Of a DNA stretch of 64,000 bases, positions 1-10,332 are shown one piece after another. The position numbers were made by a program, and so were the translations under genes. Origin of the DNA: Croceivirga thetidis (lineage in GTDB: Bacteria; Bacteroidota; Bacteroidia; Flavobacteriales; Flavobacteriaceae); the NCBI RefSeq assembly GCF_012272815.1, contig NZ_JAAWWL010000001.1, forward strand, positions 1,301,146 to 1,365,145, given 5' to 3'. The notes under the pieces are model-generated. The model was not told the DNA's origin, ran no database searches, and was given only the letters and a program-made list of their open reading frames with translations. Position 1 is the stretch's first letter. The number at the start of each line of letters is the position of its first letter.

Positions 1-821
1 CCTTCATGGATTTGAGCGAGTTGATTGTTATATGGCCCAATATGGTCGCCCATCCCCATTTTATCAACCACAGTTCTGGCAGGGCGATTACCAGCCGGTG
101 TATTGATGAGCTTCACAATTGCATCTGCCACATTCTGTGGGTCTTGTACTGGATTATTGGCCAAAGCGCCCTCGAAGCTATCAAAGGCTTGCTTGGGTGC
201 ATGTACCATTTCACCATAGCTCTCATCTTGTGAGCGGTCGGATGGTTTCATTAGATTATCAAAGAACCCAGTCGGATATCCTCCTGGCTCTACGAGGCAG
301 GAATCCACTCCAAATCCTGACAATTCTATTCGATAATTTTCAGCTAACGCTTCTACGGCCCATTTTGAAGCATTGTAGGGACCGTAAAAGGGAAAGGTAA
401 TTCTCCCCAGTATACTTGAAATGTGAATCAACAATCCAGACCCCTCTTTCCTTAAGTGGGGCAAAGCTGCTCGATTCACACGCTGAACCCCAAAGACATT
501 TACGTCGAATAGCTTTTTGAAATCATCAATCGTGAACTGTTCTTGAATTCCCAGAACGCCAATACCTGCGTTATTGATTACAACATCTAAGCCACCGAGA
601 AGCTCAATTGTGTTTTTAATTCCTTCATTTACGCTTTCCTCGTCTGTAACATCTAGATTTATGATTTTTGCCCCTAGTACAGATAGTTCATCTGCCGAAG
701 CTTTGTTTTTTGAATCAGGACTGCGCATGGTAGCCACGACTTCATGCCCGTTCTTTAAAAGTGTTTTTACGGTTAAGGCTCCAAAGCCTCCATTCGCTCC
801 AGTGATTACTACTTTTGCCAT
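1..821 (-). CDS. SDR family NAD(P)-dependent oxidoreductase (3' end outside window)
   Basis: Reverse-complement translation from the ATG at 819-821 gives MAKVVITGANGGFGALTVKTLLKNGHEVVATMRS... with a TGxxGxxG Rossmann motif and a downstream YNASK (YxxxK) catalytic motif. The ORF stays open to position 1. It is absent from the ORF track because it runs off the window edge. Confidence 0.8.
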   Translation of the reverse strand, partial: MAKVVITGANGGFGALTVKTLLKNGHEVVATMRSPDSKNKASADELSVLGAKIINLDVTDEESVNEGIKNTIELLGGLDVVINNAGIGVLGIQEQFTIDDFKKLFDVNVFGVQRVNRAALPHLRKEGSGLLIHISSILGRITFPFYGPYNASKWAVEALAENYRIELSGFGVDSCLVEPGGYPTGFFDNLMKPSDRSQDESYGEMVHAPKQAFDSFEGALANNPVQDPQNVADAIVKLINTPAGNRPARTVVDKMGMGDHIGPYNNQLAQIHE

Positions 822-923
822 TTTATTGTGTTTTTAATTGATACTCGTACAAAATTCTAAATCAATTGGTTATTCTATGTAGTCGAATCCTAGAGATTTG
901 TAGCCAAAAAAAATTCTAAGATT

Positions 924-2222
924 TTAATCGATAACAATTGAAGTAGCGTTGCTTTCTGTTCCACTAGCATTTACCGCTTTTACTTCAAAGTTACCTAAGG
1001 CATTTTCCAAAAGGTATTTGGTTCCATAGGCTTGTTGCTCGAATTCACCATTTTTATAAATGTTGTATCCAACGACCCAACTTCCTTTATCCAAATCTTT
1101 TGAGGGATCCCAGCTAAGTATTCCATTTTTGAAGACCAGGTTCTCTGGTTTTGTGGGAGGAGTTTTATCCAGTTCTGGGACATCCCCCATCATCAAAGCT
1201 TCAATTTCCGCTGCAATTAAATCATCATCACGCTTTTTCTGAATATGCCCCTGATTTTTGTCATGGGTACTATCCCATGTGCAAACACCTTTTTCCGACA
1301 GGGTAATGGTTCCATTTAAAAAAGCTGTATAGTTTTCACCCTCTCCACGAATGGCATAATGAAGGGCAATTTGGTCGTTGCTATGTCGTGCAATACTTTC
1401 TGCGCCACCACGATACTCAAAGTGTTTCTCATAACTGACCCTTGCGATATGGTCGGCTGACAGTGTTTTTAAACCTTGACCCGACATCACGTTGCCGTTA
1501 TTGGCATTGAAGTAGTCACCATTGCCATTTTCCCAGCCTGATGCCACAAAGGGGGCGGGGCAATGTTCTATGACATAGCGGCACATGCGGTTTCGCTCTT
1601 GATTCAGGCAGGACCAATCTGTATAGGAACAAAGGTGGTCAGCACCACCCCAATTGGTTCGGTCCCAACCTTTGTTGTTTAGAAAGTTACCGCCCATAGT
1701 GGCTACAAGGGCGACCTTTTCGGCTACTAATTGCTTACCGCTCTTAGAACTGATTTCATCTGGTTCTGATTTTAGAAGCCCATATAAGTTATGCATGGTA
1801 CCCACAACAATTATCGTAATACTGTTGTCTTGGGCACTTTCTAAGATTTCGCGGTATAGTTTAACTCCGTCCAATGATTCTTCCCAAGTCTTCAATGGTC
1901 TTGGGTAGTCCTTGGCAATATGGAAATCATAGGTATTTTCAGTTGCATGTATTTTCTCAGCATACCCTTTATAATCTCCAACTGGAATCCCCGGCCTGTT
2001 GTAAAATTGGTTAATGGCACTCATACAAAGTGCTGATTCTTTTTGGTTGGTAGAATTGACCATGGCCAAAATATCACACTCTCCGTTAGTGGCCATTGTC
2101 TGTAACATGGCAATACAACCCACATCGTCTGGGTCAAAAGAGGGGTCGGTGTCAAGTATTACCTTTAATTGTGCATTTGTCTGAAATGAAAGGAATATTA
2201 AAAGGAAAAATACGGTTCTCAT
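924..2222 (-). CDS. secreted nucleoside-hydrolase-like protein with C-terminal FN3-like domain
   Basis: N-terminal signal peptide (MRTVFFLLIFLSFQTNAQ). VILDTDPSFDPDDVGC resembles the IU-nucleoside hydrolase DxDxxxDD Ca/ribose-binding motif. The C-terminal roughly 90 aa has a fibronectin-III-like pattern (WDPSKD...GYNIYKNG). ATG confirmed at 2220-2222. Confidence 0.5.
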   Translation of the reverse strand: MRTVFFLLIFLSFQTNAQLKVILDTDPSFDPDDVGCIAMLQTMATNGECDILAMVNSTNQKESALCMSAINQFYNRPGIPVGDYKGYAEKIHATENTYDFHIAKDYPRPLKTWEESLDGVKLYREILESAQDNSITIIVVGTMHNLYGLLKSEPDEISSKSGKQLVAEKVALVATMGGNFLNNKGWDRTNWGGADHLCSYTDWSCLNQERNRMCRYVIEHCPAPFVASGWENGNGDYFNANNGNVMSGQGLKTLSADHIARVSYEKHFEYRGGAESIARHSNDQIALHYAIRGEGENYTAFLNGTITLSEKGVCTWDSTHDKNQGHIQKKRDDDLIAAEIEALMMGDVPELDKTPPTKPENLVFKNGILSWDPSKDLDKGSWVVGYNIYKNGEFEQQAYGTKYLLENALGNFEVKAVNASGTESNATSIVID

Positions 2223-2266
2223 ATTGTAGTAGGAATAGGTCCCTTTAAAGTATAAAATTTTTCAGT

Positions 2267-4519
2267 TCAGCGTTTGCGTAATATATCTTGTATGGTGTCA
2301 ACTACTTGATCAACATTAGCCTTTGAAAAACATAAGGGTGGCTTGCTTTTAATCACATTATCAAAAGGACCATCGGTACTGACTAGGATATATTTTTCTC
2401 GAAGTTCATTTTTAAGGTATTGTGCCAGTTTCGTATTTGGCTCTTTGGTTCCCGGAACTACAATATCGACACCTATAAAAAGGCCTGAGCCTCTTATATC
2501 TCCAATTTCCGGATGTTGCTTTTGTAATTCTTTAAGAGAAGACATATAATAATTACCGACGTCGAATGCATTTTTTTGAAGTTCTTCTTCTGCTATAACG
2601 CCTAAGACAGCCTTACCAATTTCACAGGAAACAGGATTGCCCCCGAAAGAGCTGAAAAATTCCACTCCTTTTTCAAACGATGCTGCAATCTCATCGGTCG
2701 TCACCACAGCACCAATGGGGTGCCCATTGCCCATGGGTTTTCCTAAAATTACAATATCAGGAACCACGTTTTGTTTTTCAAAACCCCAGAAAACATCGCC
2801 CAAACGGCCAAATCCGGTTTGCACTTCATCACTTATGCAAACACCACCTTGTTCACGAACCAGAGGATAAATTGCCTTTAGATAACCAGGTGCCAAAGGT
2901 ACTTGTCCGCCGCATCCAACTACAGGTTCGGCGATAAATGCCGCGACTTTTCCTTCAAAATCATCAAGTTGTTGTCGTACTTCTTGTGCGTGATTTTCAC
3001 CCACAGCTTTAGCATACGGGCTTCTAAATTCATCAGGTAGACTCGCCTTTAAAATAAAAGGTTTTTGCCCTTGCCCTTTGGTATTACTGAACTTATAATC
3101 ACTAATATCAATTCCGATTTGGGAGTTGCCGTGATACCCATGTTCCATGACCATGATATTGTGACTCTTGGTATGGCAGATGGCCAGGCGTATGGCCAAA
3201 TCACTTGCTGCACTACCCGAATTGACAAAAAAGACTTTATTTAAGGAAGAAGGAAATTTTGCTAGCAATTGTTCAGCATATTCGGCCAATTGCGCGTATA
3301 AGTACCGGGTATTGGTATTTAATTGGTTCATTTGACGCATTGCCGCTTCAACAACTAGCGGATGCTGGTGCCCAACATGGGGAATGTTGTTGTAGGCATC
3401 TAAAAAAGTATTGCCGCTCGCATCAAACATATATTGAAAAGCCGCTTTTTGCATTGCGATAGGCTTTTTATAACTAATTGAAAGAATGTCTGAGATGTGC
3501 TTTTTTCTTGCAGTCAAATGTTCTTCAGAAGTAGCATTTTGAATGGGTGGATATCCTACCGCAGAACGAAAACAGTTTTCTGCTTTTAGCGACCCAATTT
3601 GTAACCATTCTTCTAGCATGTTCCATGCTTTAGTTTCGCTGATTGATGCGTATTCATTACTAGGGTCTGTCTTGGCCGCATGTGCCGAATTACAAACACT
3701 GGTGCAAAGCCTCATGGCAATCAAATAATAAAGTGCCGAAACTTCCTTTTCTTGGATAGGCAGTATTTCATGATAAGCCCTTAACAAAGGCTCCACCCAT
3801 TGTAAAGGAGTTTCGCTCCGGTAAAAAACGTACGTAGCTGTAATGGCAATTTCATTAATTAAATAGGTGTGTGTACAATCACCGAAATCAATTATTCCTG
3901 TAACCTCATTATCGCGAACCAAAATGTTCCATTCATTTAGATCGTTGTGAATACAGGCCGTTCGAAAATCGTGTAAATGGGGAATTACATTTTGCTCATA
4001 TTGTTGGAAAAAGTACCGTACGAGGTTCCTGTTTTTTGAGGATTTAATATCCTTTACATACTCCTTATTTAGTTCAACGTGCTGCAGGTCCCATTCCCAT
4101 TTTCGGGCCCTAAGGGCCACATGGTCAAAATTTTGAAGAGCTTTGGTCAAGTTGGCAATAAATCGCCCTAAAGAACTTACCAAAGCTGTTTTTAACTTGA
4201 CATCGGCCATGAATGCTCCATTAACAAACGTCAACATTCTACATAATTGTGCTGTGTTATTTAGTGTTGCGGTTTTTAGAAAATTCCCGTCTGAAAATGC
4301 AACTGGTTCTGGAATTTCTTTAAAACCTTCTGTTTTTAAATGAAGAAGCATTTCATTTTCTGCAGATACAATTTCCAACATATTGGCAGGTTTGGTATAG
4401 GTTTTGAAAATAAATTTACCCTGGTCAGTATCAACCAAGTAATTCTTATTATCGTAGCCATTCAGTGTTTTGATATTGGTACTGGAAAATCCAAATTCCT
4501 TTTTTAGAAAGGCATTCAT
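2267..4519 (-). CDS. bifunctional APH-fold phosphotransferase / class-III aminotransferase-fold PLP enzyme (kinase + putative phospho-lyase)
   Basis: The N-terminal half carries aminoglycoside-phosphotransferase-like motifs ([17 protein letters not shown]). The C-terminal half is a class-III aminotransferase fold ([25 protein letters not shown]). 750 aa; ATG confirmed at 4517-4519. Confidence 0.75.
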   Translation of the reverse strand: MNAFLKKEFGFSSTNIKTLNGYDNKNYLVDTDQGKFIFKTYTKPANMLEIVSAENEMLLHLKTEGFKEIPEPVAFSDGNFLKTATLNNTAQLCRMLTFVNGAFMADVKLKTALVSSLGRFIANLTKALQNFDHVALRARKWEWDLQHVELNKEYVKDIKSSKNRNLVRYFFQQYEQNVIPHLHDFRTACIHNDLNEWNILVRDNEVTGIIDFGDCTHTYLINEIAITATYVFYRSETPLQWVEPLLRAYHEILPIQEKEVSALYYLIAMRLCTSVCNSAHAAKTDPSNEYASISETKAWNMLEEWLQIGSLKAENCFRSAVGYPPIQNATSEEHLTARKKHISDILSISYKKPIAMQKAAFQYMFDASGNTFLDAYNNIPHVGHQHPLVVEAAMRQMNQLNTNTRYLYAQLAEYAEQLLAKFPSSLNKVFFVNSGSAASDLAIRLAICHTKSHNIMVMEHGYHGNSQIGIDISDYKFSNTKGQGQKPFILKASLPDEFRSPYAKAVGENHAQEVRQQLDDFEGKVAAFIAEPVVGCGGQVPLAPGYLKAIYPLVREQGGVCISDEVQTGFGRLGDVFWGFEKQNVVPDIVILGKPMGNGHPIGAVVTTDEIAASFEKGVEFFSSFGGNPVSCEIGKAVLGVIAEEELQKNAFDVGNYYMSSLKELQKQHPEIGDIRGSGLFIGVDIVVPGTKEPNTKLAQYLKNELREKYILVSTDGPFDNVIKSKPPLCFSKANVDQVVDTIQDILRKR

Positions 4520-4706
4520 TATCAGTTAGGTTTATCCAAATTTCGGAAAAGCTTCGCATAGTTTTTTGAAATAATTAGGGGTTTTGAACGCTGATCATAA
4601 AATGCTTCGATAACTGTTAAAAGAAAGTAGGGCATAAGGTCTTTTTTTCATCGATTTGTATTGTAAATTCGAGGCAATCAGAAAGCACATTACTAAAAAA
4701 CTCAAG

Positions 4707-5471
4707 ATGAAAATTATATCCTACAACGTGAACGGAATCAGGGCTGCAATGAAAAAAGGTTTTGTCGATTGGCTTTCTTCAGTTGAGGCAGACGTAGTTT
4801 GCATTCAAGAGACAAAGGCACTAAAGGAGCAAGTCGAAACCGAAGCCTTGGAAGAAATCGGATTCTCTCATCATTATTGGTACAGTGCAGAAAAAAAAGG
4901 GTATAGTGGTGTTGCAGTTTTGTGCAAAGAAAAACCCGATAACGTTGAATATGGTACTGGTATAGACTACATGGACAATGAAGGCCGTAATCTCAGGGTA
5001 GATTTTGGGGACGTCTCGGTAATGAGCATGTATTTACCTTCAGGTACCAACATGGATCGGTTGGATTTTAAATTAACTTATATGGCCGATTTTCAAAAGT
5101 ATGCTGATGATTTGCGAAAAGAAAGACCGAATCTCATCGTCTGTGGGGATTATAATATTTGTCATGAGGCAATAGACATTCACGACCCGGTCAGAAATAA
5201 AAAGGTCTCCGGTTTTTTACCTATTGAGCGTGAGTGGATTGGTAATTTTATTAAAAGTGGATTCATCGATAGTTTTCGTCATTTTAATAAAGAGCCCCAC
5301 AATTACACTTGGTGGAGCTATCGTGCAAATGCACGGGCGAATAATAAAGGTTGGCGATTAGATTATGGTATGGTAAATGACAGCTTAAAAGACCGACTAA
5401 AGCGTTCAGTTATTTTATCTGAAGCAAAGCATAGTGATCACTGCCCCATTCTACTTGAAATTGAAAAATAA
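4707..5471 (+). CDS. xth: exodeoxyribonuclease III
   Basis: MKIISYNVNGIRA...VVCIQETK is the classic ExoIII/APE1 N-terminus. The ORF track starts at 4656, but the ATG at 4707 matches the family N-terminus. Confidence 0.85.
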   Translation: MKIISYNVNGIRAAMKKGFVDWLSSVEADVVCIQETKALKEQVETEALEEIGFSHHYWYSAEKKGYSGVAVLCKEKPDNVEYGTGIDYMDNEGRNLRVDFGDVSVMSMYLPSGTNMDRLDFKLTYMADFQKYADDLRKERPNLIVCGDYNICHEAIDIHDPVRNKKVSGFLPIEREWIGNFIKSGFIDSFRHFNKEPHNYTWWSYRANARANNKGWRLDYGMVNDSLKDRLKRSVILSEAKHSDHCPILLEIEK

Positions 5472-5599
5472 CGGGATTATTAAATTCCCACTTTTGTGGA
5501 TTTCCTATTTTTGGACGTTTTCTTAAAAATCATGTGAAATACTGAATATGCGGAAATTTTTAGTCGATTTCTTTTCAGTAAACTAGAAATTGTAAATAG

Positions 5600-6640
5600 A
5601 TGAAATACACCTTTATACCAAGAACAAAAATTCGTGTCAGCAAGATTTGTTTAGGTACCATGACCTGGGGAAGGCAGAACAGTGAAGACGAAGCCTTTGA
5701 ACAAATGGATTATGCCTTGGACCAAGGAGTCAATTTTTTTGATACTGCTGAATTATATCCAGTACCACCTAAAAAAGAGTTGTACGCCCTGACCGAAGAG
5801 TATATAGGTAATTGGTTTAAGAAAACAGGAAACCGAGATAAGGTAGTTCTCGCTTCAAAAATAGCAGGGCCGGCCGATTTCACAAAATACATAAGGACTA
5901 CAGGGTTCAGTAAGGATTCGATTCTAGAAGCAATTGATGGTAGCCTGAAACGATTACAAACTGACTACGTAGATCTGTATCAGTTGCATTGGCCGGAACG
6001 AAACACCAATTTTTTTGGACAACGTGGTTTTAATGCTGATAATGATGATCATTGGGAAGACAACATACATGAGGTTCTAAATACGTTATCAGATCTCATA
6101 AAAGCTGGTAAAATTCGAGAGGTAGGTATTTCAAATGAAACACCATGGGGAACCATGCGTTATTTGGAAGAAAGCAAAGTGCATGAACACTTACCCAGAA
6201 TGGTAACAGTTCAAAACCCATACAGCTTATTGAACCGTACGTTTGAAACTGGAATGTCAGAGATATCAATTCGAGAGAAAATAGGTTTACTCGCCTATTC
6301 TCCTTTGGGATTTGGGGTTTTGAGCGGAAAATATTTAGGAGAGGTTCCTCCTCGAAAAGGAAGGATTACACTTTTTCCTCATTATTCGCGATATAGCGGT
6401 GAAACTGCCACAGCTGCTACGGAGAAGTACAATCAATTGGCTGAAAAAAATGGACTTTCATTGGCTCAAATGGCTCTTGCTTTTGTGAATACTCGAAAAT
6501 TCTTGACAAGCAATATCATTGGAGCAACCACCATGGAGCAGTTGAAAGAGAATATCGCTTCCATAGATATTGAATTGAGTAAAGAAGTTCTCCAAGGTAT
6601 TGAAGAAATTCACGGTGATATTCCTAATCCAGCACCATGA
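5600..6640 (+). CDS. NADP-dependent aldo/keto reductase (Tas-like)
   Basis: MKYTFIPRTKIRVSKICLGTMTWG... is the Tas/AKR family N-terminus. 346 aa is typical for the family. Confidence 0.8.
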   Translation: MKYTFIPRTKIRVSKICLGTMTWGRQNSEDEAFEQMDYALDQGVNFFDTAELYPVPPKKELYALTEEYIGNWFKKTGNRDKVVLASKIAGPADFTKYIRTTGFSKDSILEAIDGSLKRLQTDYVDLYQLHWPERNTNFFGQRGFNADNDDHWEDNIHEVLNTLSDLIKAGKIREVGISNETPWGTMRYLEESKVHEHLPRMVTVQNPYSLLNRTFETGMSEISIREKIGLLAYSPLGFGVLSGKYLGEVPPRKGRITLFPHYSRYSGETATAATEKYNQLAEKNGLSLAQMALAFVNTRKFLTSNIIGATTMEQLKENIASIDIELSKEVLQGIEEIHGDIPNPAP

Positions 6641-6745
6641 TATCTGCGGTTCTTTTAAGAATAGGTTTTGGTCAGATTCTGCTTATCGTAGTGGTTATCT
6701 TGCTTATTTTTCTATTAACCAGAATGTTTAGGAACAAATAGAACT

Positions 6746-8914
6746 CTATTTTTCGAGCGCATAAGCACGATATTCATCGCCTGATTTTGTACCCATTTTA
6801 CCTCCACCACATGCAACAACTAAGAACTGTTGCCCTCCAACCTCATACATAGCTGGGGTAGCATAACCACCTGCAGGTAAGTTATCTTCCCATAATTGTT
6901 GGCCATTTTTCATATCAAAAGCACGAATTTTTTCATCTCGAGTTGCTGCGATAAAAAGTAGTCCACCGGCAGTAATGACAGGGCCACCATAATTCTCTGT
7001 TCCAGAAATTGGTATTGAAGGGTCATTTAATTTTTCCTCATGCCCCAAGGGAACTTTCCATAAATATTCACCTGTATTTAAATCAATGGCATTAAGTGTG
7101 CCCCAAGGTGGTTTTACAACAGGAAATCCACGGTCATCTTTAAATCGACCAAAACCAGCGACCGCATAAGGTACCTTAATAGATGATTTTTCTGCTCGGT
7201 GATCGGTTTCCATTTCAATGCCCGAAATGTAGTGCGTTATGGCATTGATTTCTACTTCTGATAGATTGGGCATTCCAGGCATTGCTCCTTTTCCATTCTT
7301 AATTATTTTACCAATGGAATCAAGACTTAATCTTTCTTTTATCGTTTGTAGCTCAGGTATTCCCGCAAGTCCTTGTAATTCACCACCGTGGCAACGGGCG
7401 CAATTAATTTGAGTTAAGGCTTCTCCAGGGTGGCTTCCTTCGCCCTCATCTTCTAGCACTTCTTTCATTCGAACAATCCAAGCCATTTCATTTGAGTTGA
7501 CATACATGACCCCATCTCTTGGGTCTAAAGCTGCACCGCCCCATTCAGCCCCTCCGTCTGCGCCTGGGTAAAGGATGGTTCCAAGGGTGTCAATCGGCAT
7601 AAACTGACCTTTTGAAGTAATGGATTCTAGTTTTTCGAGAACCGTAGGTGGATCAATATTTTGATCTTTATCTACAAAATCATCAACAAATGCAGGTCGA
7701 TTTGGTTGGTACAAGTCATTTTTTGTTAATTCTTGCCTTGCAAATGGGGCAGGTTTTGTGGGAAGTGGTTGTGTGGAATGTGCCGATTCGCCTTTTAGAC
7801 TTGAAGGCGGGTATTCTTTTTCTTCTATGGGGAATAATGGTTCTCCGGTTACCCGGTTGAAGACAAAGACATGACCACTTTTGGTAACTTGGGCAACCGC
7901 CGGAATTTTATCCCCATCACGGTCTAGTTCAAAAAGGTTGGGAGGCGCAGGCAGATCCCTATCCCACATATCATGATGAACAAATTGAAAATGCCAAAGT
8001 CGTTCCCCTGTTTGGGCGTCAAGGGCCAAAAGACTATTTGCAAACAGATTTTCCCCATGTCGATCACCCCCATACCAATCAAAGGCCGCAGACCCAGTGG
8101 GGAAGTATACAATACCACGATCAAGATCAACAGCATTTCCTGACCAGCTATTTGCCCCACCAACTGTTTTATAAGCATCTTTGGGCCAAGTTTGGTAACC
8201 ATACTCTCCAGGTTGTGGAATTGTATGGAATGTCCATCGTATTTCACCCGTAACAACATCGTACGCTCGAATATGGCCTGGTGAAGAACCGGGTCCTTCA
8301 CCAACTCGGGTACCCATAATAATTAAATCCTTATAAATTGCCCCAGGGGTGTTTGCATAAACTGCCAACTGCTCCTTATTCCTTCCAAGACCGTCGCGCA
8401 AATCGATACTCCCATTTTCTCCAAAAGTGTCGATTGCTTTGCCCGTTTTTGCCGAAACGGCATATAATCGGAAACCGGAAGCGAAAAACAATCGATTTTC
8501 TTCACTTTCACTGTTTGACTGCCAATAGCTTAGGCCGCGATTTAAACCTAGTCCAGTATTGTCCTTAGCATTTGGTATGTATTTCCAAATTTCTGATCCA
8601 GTTTTTGCATTTAACGCAAATAGTTCAATAGAAGGATTTACACCGTACAATATTCCATCAATGATTAAAGGGTTGGTTTGAATTTGGGTAGTTCTTCCTT
8701 CTTCCAAACCACCGCTTTTATAGCTCCATGCCAGTTTTAGAGAATTGACATTTGTCGTATTTATTTCAAGGAGCTCAGAAAAATGGGACCTTTCAGGGTC
8801 TCCCAAATAGTGTTGCCAAGTTTTAGTAAATGGTGATTTTTTTTCTACAGGGTTAGAGCATCCCAGAAAAATAAAAGTTAGAATAAGACCAATTAATAGA
8901 TACCAATTTCTCAT
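6746..8914 (-). CDS. PQQ-dependent (quinoprotein) beta-propeller dehydrogenase with inserted c-type cytochrome domain
   Basis: Lipoprotein-type signal (LIGLILTFIFLGCS). Repeated W-containing propeller blades typical of PQQ glucose/sorbosone dehydrogenases. A CARCHGG (CxxCH) haem c site sits in the middle of the protein. ATG confirmed. Confidence 0.7.
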   Translation of the reverse strand: MRNWYLLIGLILTFIFLGCSNPVEKKSPFTKTWQHYLGDPERSHFSELLEINTTNVNSLKLAWSYKSGGLEEGRTTQIQTNPLIIDGILYGVNPSIELFALNAKTGSEIWKYIPNAKDNTGLGLNRGLSYWQSNSESEENRLFFASGFRLYAVSAKTGKAIDTFGENGSIDLRDGLGRNKEQLAVYANTPGAIYKDLIIMGTRVGEGPGSSPGHIRAYDVVTGEIRWTFHTIPQPGEYGYQTWPKDAYKTVGGANSWSGNAVDLDRGIVYFPTGSAAFDWYGGDRHGENLFANSLLALDAQTGERLWHFQFVHHDMWDRDLPAPPNLFELDRDGDKIPAVAQVTKSGHVFVFNRVTGEPLFPIEEKEYPPSSLKGESAHSTQPLPTKPAPFARQELTKNDLYQPNRPAFVDDFVDKDQNIDPPTVLEKLESITSKGQFMPIDTLGTILYPGADGGAEWGGAALDPRDGVMYVNSNEMAWIVRMKEVLEDEGEGSHPGEALTQINCARCHGGELQGLAGIPELQTIKERLSLDSIGKIIKNGKGAMPGMPNLSEVEINAITHYISGIEMETDHRAEKSSIKVPYAVAGFGRFKDDRGFPVVKPPWGTLNAIDLNTGEYLWKVPLGHEEKLNDPSIPISGTENYGGPVITAGGLLFIAATRDEKIRAFDMKNGQQLWEDNLPAGGYATPAMYEVGGQQFLVVACGGGKMGTKSGDEYRAYALEK

Positions 8915-8941
8915 ACTTAAAGGTAGAAATTGAAAATGGTT

Positions 8942-10303
8942 TTAACCAAAAAGGCCACGTACCATATCTTGTACCTTACCCAATTTGATAACCTCAATTT
9001 TCGGATTTTTTATCCCAACTGTACAGTTTTTTGAAATGTAGATTTTTGTGAAGCCCAACTTTTCAGCCTCTATTATGCGTTGATCCACACGTTGTACTGG
9101 TCTGACTTCACCCGCCAAACCAACTTCAGCAGCAAAACAATTGTTTTTTTCAACCGCAATGTCGACATTACTTGAAAGGATGGCCGCAACCACAGCCAAA
9201 TCAATCGCTGGGTCGTCTATTGATATTCCACCGGTAATATTTACAAAAACATCTTTGGCAGCTAGTTTAAATCCAGCTCTTTTTTCAAGAACGGCTAATA
9301 ACATGTTCAATCTCTTAGCATTGTAACCAGTTGCTGACCTTTGAGGGGTGCCATAGACCGCCGTACTGACCAAAGCTTGAATTTCAATGAGCAAAGGGCG
9401 CATTCCTTCTACAGTTGCAGCAATCGCCATTCCGCTAAGGTCTTCCTCGTTTTTAGAAATCAAGACTTCAGATGGGTTATTTACCTCACGTAAACCTCTA
9501 CTTTGCATCTCGTAAATGCCCAATTCAGCGGTAGAACCAAATCGGTTTTTCAAGGCACGAAGAATTCGGTAAACATAGTTTCTGTCACCTTCAAATTGAA
9601 GGACAGTATCAACCATATGCTCCAAAATTTTTGGACCAGCAATGGTGCCGTCCTTTGTAATATGGCCAACCAAAACAACGGGTGTGTTACTTTCTTTAGC
9701 AAACTTGATAAGTTCGGCAGTGCATTCCCTTATTTGCGATATACTGCCGGCAGCCGAATCTATATAGTCAGAATGTAAGGTCTGTATGGAATCTATTATT
9801 AGCAAATCGGGCTCCAACTGCGAGATTTGCTGAAAAATATTTTGGGTTTTGGTTTCAGTGAGAATGTAACAATTTTCGGAATTCGGATTTATTCGGTCCG
9901 CCCGCATCTTTATTTGCTTTTGACTTTCTTCACCTGACACATATAAGGTTTTGAACGGAAGGCTTAGCGCTATCTGAAGTAATAAGGTACTTTTTCCGAT
10001 GCCGGGTTCTCCACCTAAAAGCGTAAGTGAGCCAGGCACGATTCCTCCCCCTAAAACTCGATTGAATTCTTTGTTTTTAGAATCCAGACGAATTTCAGAA
10101 TCGTTTGAAATTGTATTGATTTTTAAAGGTTTATTGGCCTTACTAGGACTATTATTTGAGGATTTCCAGGTTGTTTTTTCCTCTTTTTGCACCACTTCCT
10201 CGACTACAGTATTCCACTGCTTACAAGATGTACATTGTCCGACCCATTTTGGAAACTGGGCGCCACAATTTTGGCAGAAAAAAGCAGTTTTTGTCTTAGC
10301 CAT
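8942..10303 (-). CDS. radA: DNA repair protein RadA
   Basis: N-terminal C4 zinc finger (CQNCGAQFPKWVGQCTSCKQWNT), Walker A (GGEPGIGKST), and a Lon-like C-terminal domain. ATG confirmed at 10301-10303. Confidence 0.9.
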   Translation of the reverse strand: MAKTKTAFFCQNCGAQFPKWVGQCTSCKQWNTVVEEVVQKEEKTTWKSSNNSPSKANKPLKINTISNDSEIRLDSKNKEFNRVLGGGIVPGSLTLLGGEPGIGKSTLLLQIALSLPFKTLYVSGEESQKQIKMRADRINPNSENCYILTETKTQNIFQQISQLEPDLLIIDSIQTLHSDYIDSAAGSISQIRECTAELIKFAKESNTPVVLVGHITKDGTIAGPKILEHMVDTVLQFEGDRNYVYRILRALKNRFGSTAELGIYEMQSRGLREVNNPSEVLISKNEEDLSGMAIAATVEGMRPLLIEIQALVSTAVYGTPQRSATGYNAKRLNMLLAVLEKRAGFKLAAKDVFVNITGGISIDDPAIDLAVVAAILSSNVDIAVEKNNCFAAEVGLAGEVRPVQRVDQRIIEAEKLGFTKIYISKNCTVGIKNPKIEVIKLGKVQDMVRGLFG

Positions 10304-10332
10304 TTGGCTAAGATAGGGAAGCTAATAGACAA

